From NCBI RefSeq assembly GCF_964213995.1, contig NC_135827.1:23622001-23686000 (forward strand): 64,000 bases of DNA, read 5' to 3'. The notes below the pieces were generated by a model. The model saw nothing but the letters and a program-made list of their open reading frames with translations. It made no database searches and was not told the DNA's origin. Below, in pieces: positions 62,729 to 64,000 of this stretch (position 1 is its first letter; every line of letters starts with the position of its first letter). The position numbers were made by a program, and so were the translations under genes. The stretch comes from Mustelus asterias. Taxonomy: Eukaryota.

Positions 62729-63469
62729 GATTTACCGGCTGCTCTTCTCCACATTTCTCTTGAGCACGGGCGCCTTGCCTGAAGAACTAACCTTTTTCAT
62801 GGATATGGAAGCTAAACAGGCAACCCAATCTCGTGGTGGCCTGGAGTCAGCAAGCTTCGCTGGGATGTAGGTTTTCTGCTTGTTGCTGCTCTGCTATTTG
62901 CTGATATGACCTGACCTTCAAAATGAACTTGGCCTCCTTCCAGAATTATCTGATAGCTGTCAGTCTCATTTTGCTCCGCTGTCACTTTGGTTGGGGATGG
63001 GTGCAGTAGCAGGGAGGGGTGGTTCGGTAGCAAGGGAGTGGGGGGTGCGGTCGCAGCAGGGATTTGTGTTTGGAGGGGTGAATTAGTTAGCTATAGAGAT
63101 TGGAGGAGAGGGAGGAAGTTTTCTTCCATTTTATACGAACAATACAAGTCTTTGTGACCTGTCATTGAAAGCTATGGATTTGGCTACACTTGGCTTACAA
63201 ATATTGTATTCGAGAAGAGAATAACAAATAATAGAATAAAAAGGGATTTTGGGCTACTTCCCTGGTGAAAATATGAAGATTTAAAAAAAATAACAAACAA
63301 ACTGGAGAACTTGAACAATGCACTGCAACATGTAATAATAGAATGTTAGTTCATGCCTATACTCACTTGAATTTTGAATTCATCTTGCCAGAATGAAGGG
63401 GTTATAGTGTGGAGAATGTTCACAGTCTTGCACCTAGTGAGGTTCAGCCAGCAGATTCAGATGAATGGT

Positions 63470-63552
63470 ATGCCTTGCCTATATAGCGCACAAGAAACAA
63501 TACTTCTCAATGTATGCTAATACAGGTGACAATAATAAACTAAATCAAACCA
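63470..63552 (+). mobile_element. Isolated LINE 3' tail, Rex1/Babar-like
   Basis: tatagcgcacaagaaacaatacttctcaatgtat...tacaggtgacaataataaactaaatcaaac resembles recalled Rex1-type tails. Confidence 0.45.
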
Positions 63553-63646
63553 ACTCTCTGCGGTGAGAACCTGAGGTTTAAGGGCTTTGTGGAAAAAACA
63601 GTCCCAAATAAATTAATTTGAACGATTGCAAATTGGTTGAAACATA

Positions 63647-64000
63647 GGGCATGATTTTACCACCAAGTTGCGCCCGTTTTCGGGTGCGAAAACTTGGTAA
63701 AGTCGGGCGTGAGGTGAGAAGCGCGATCTGCACCCGCCTCCGAGCTGGTTCCCCCTTTGCCAAGGCCCTAAAATGGCCATGATCGTAACCACACCCAAAA
63801 TGGGCACGACGGTCATTAAATTAACTTAATGAGCTGCACGCCCAACGTTACCGGCATTTCCACCTTTACCACCGCGTTCGCCCATCCAGAATCGGCGCGA
63901 ACCAGACATGCTCTACAGATGTCCAATTTGGGCGCTCCAGTTAGTGAGCAGGTAAGTGCTGAGCATCCAACGGCTCTCTGCTTGAAATTGGGGGTGCGGG
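63647..64000. mobile_element. Left end of a young CpG-rich Harbinger-like element, continuing beyond the window
   Basis: Starts gggcatgattttacc (TIR like 37405); subterminal hairpin tttaccaccaagtt...aacttggtaaa; CpGs retained. Confidence 0.65.

Noticed and set aside
1-64000. CRISPR arrays, operons or other prokaryotic systems
   Set aside because: The sequence is vertebrate repeat-rich DNA with no regularly spaced repeats or gene-dense regions.

Overview
Vertebrate, almost certainly shark/elasmobranch, non-coding DNA (a large intron or intergenic region). I could not recognise any host protein-coding exon; the listed ORFs that resemble real proteins all come from decayed transposons. The window contains: about 17 HE1-type tRNA-headed SINE copies in two 3'-tail variants; CR1 and L2 LINE fragments; a degenerate Penelope-like element (PLE) with RT-thumb and GIY-YIG remnants; about 10 short PLE-derived insertions, several of them fold-back palindromes with 11-15 bp target-site duplications (TSDs) and minimal hammerhead ribozyme cores; PIF/Harbinger-like MITEs with 3-bp TSDs; and a Deu-SINE remnant. 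The most notable observations are (i) the palindromic hammerhead-bearing mini-elements, (ii) two copies of a short element headed by the 5' ~30 nt of U2 snRNA, (iii) a perfect 100-bp inverted duplication about 1 kb apart, and (iv) SINE tail swapping with candidate partner LINE tails in the same window. Family names come from recalled consensus motifs, not database searches. Boundaries are approximate unless a TSD is quoted.
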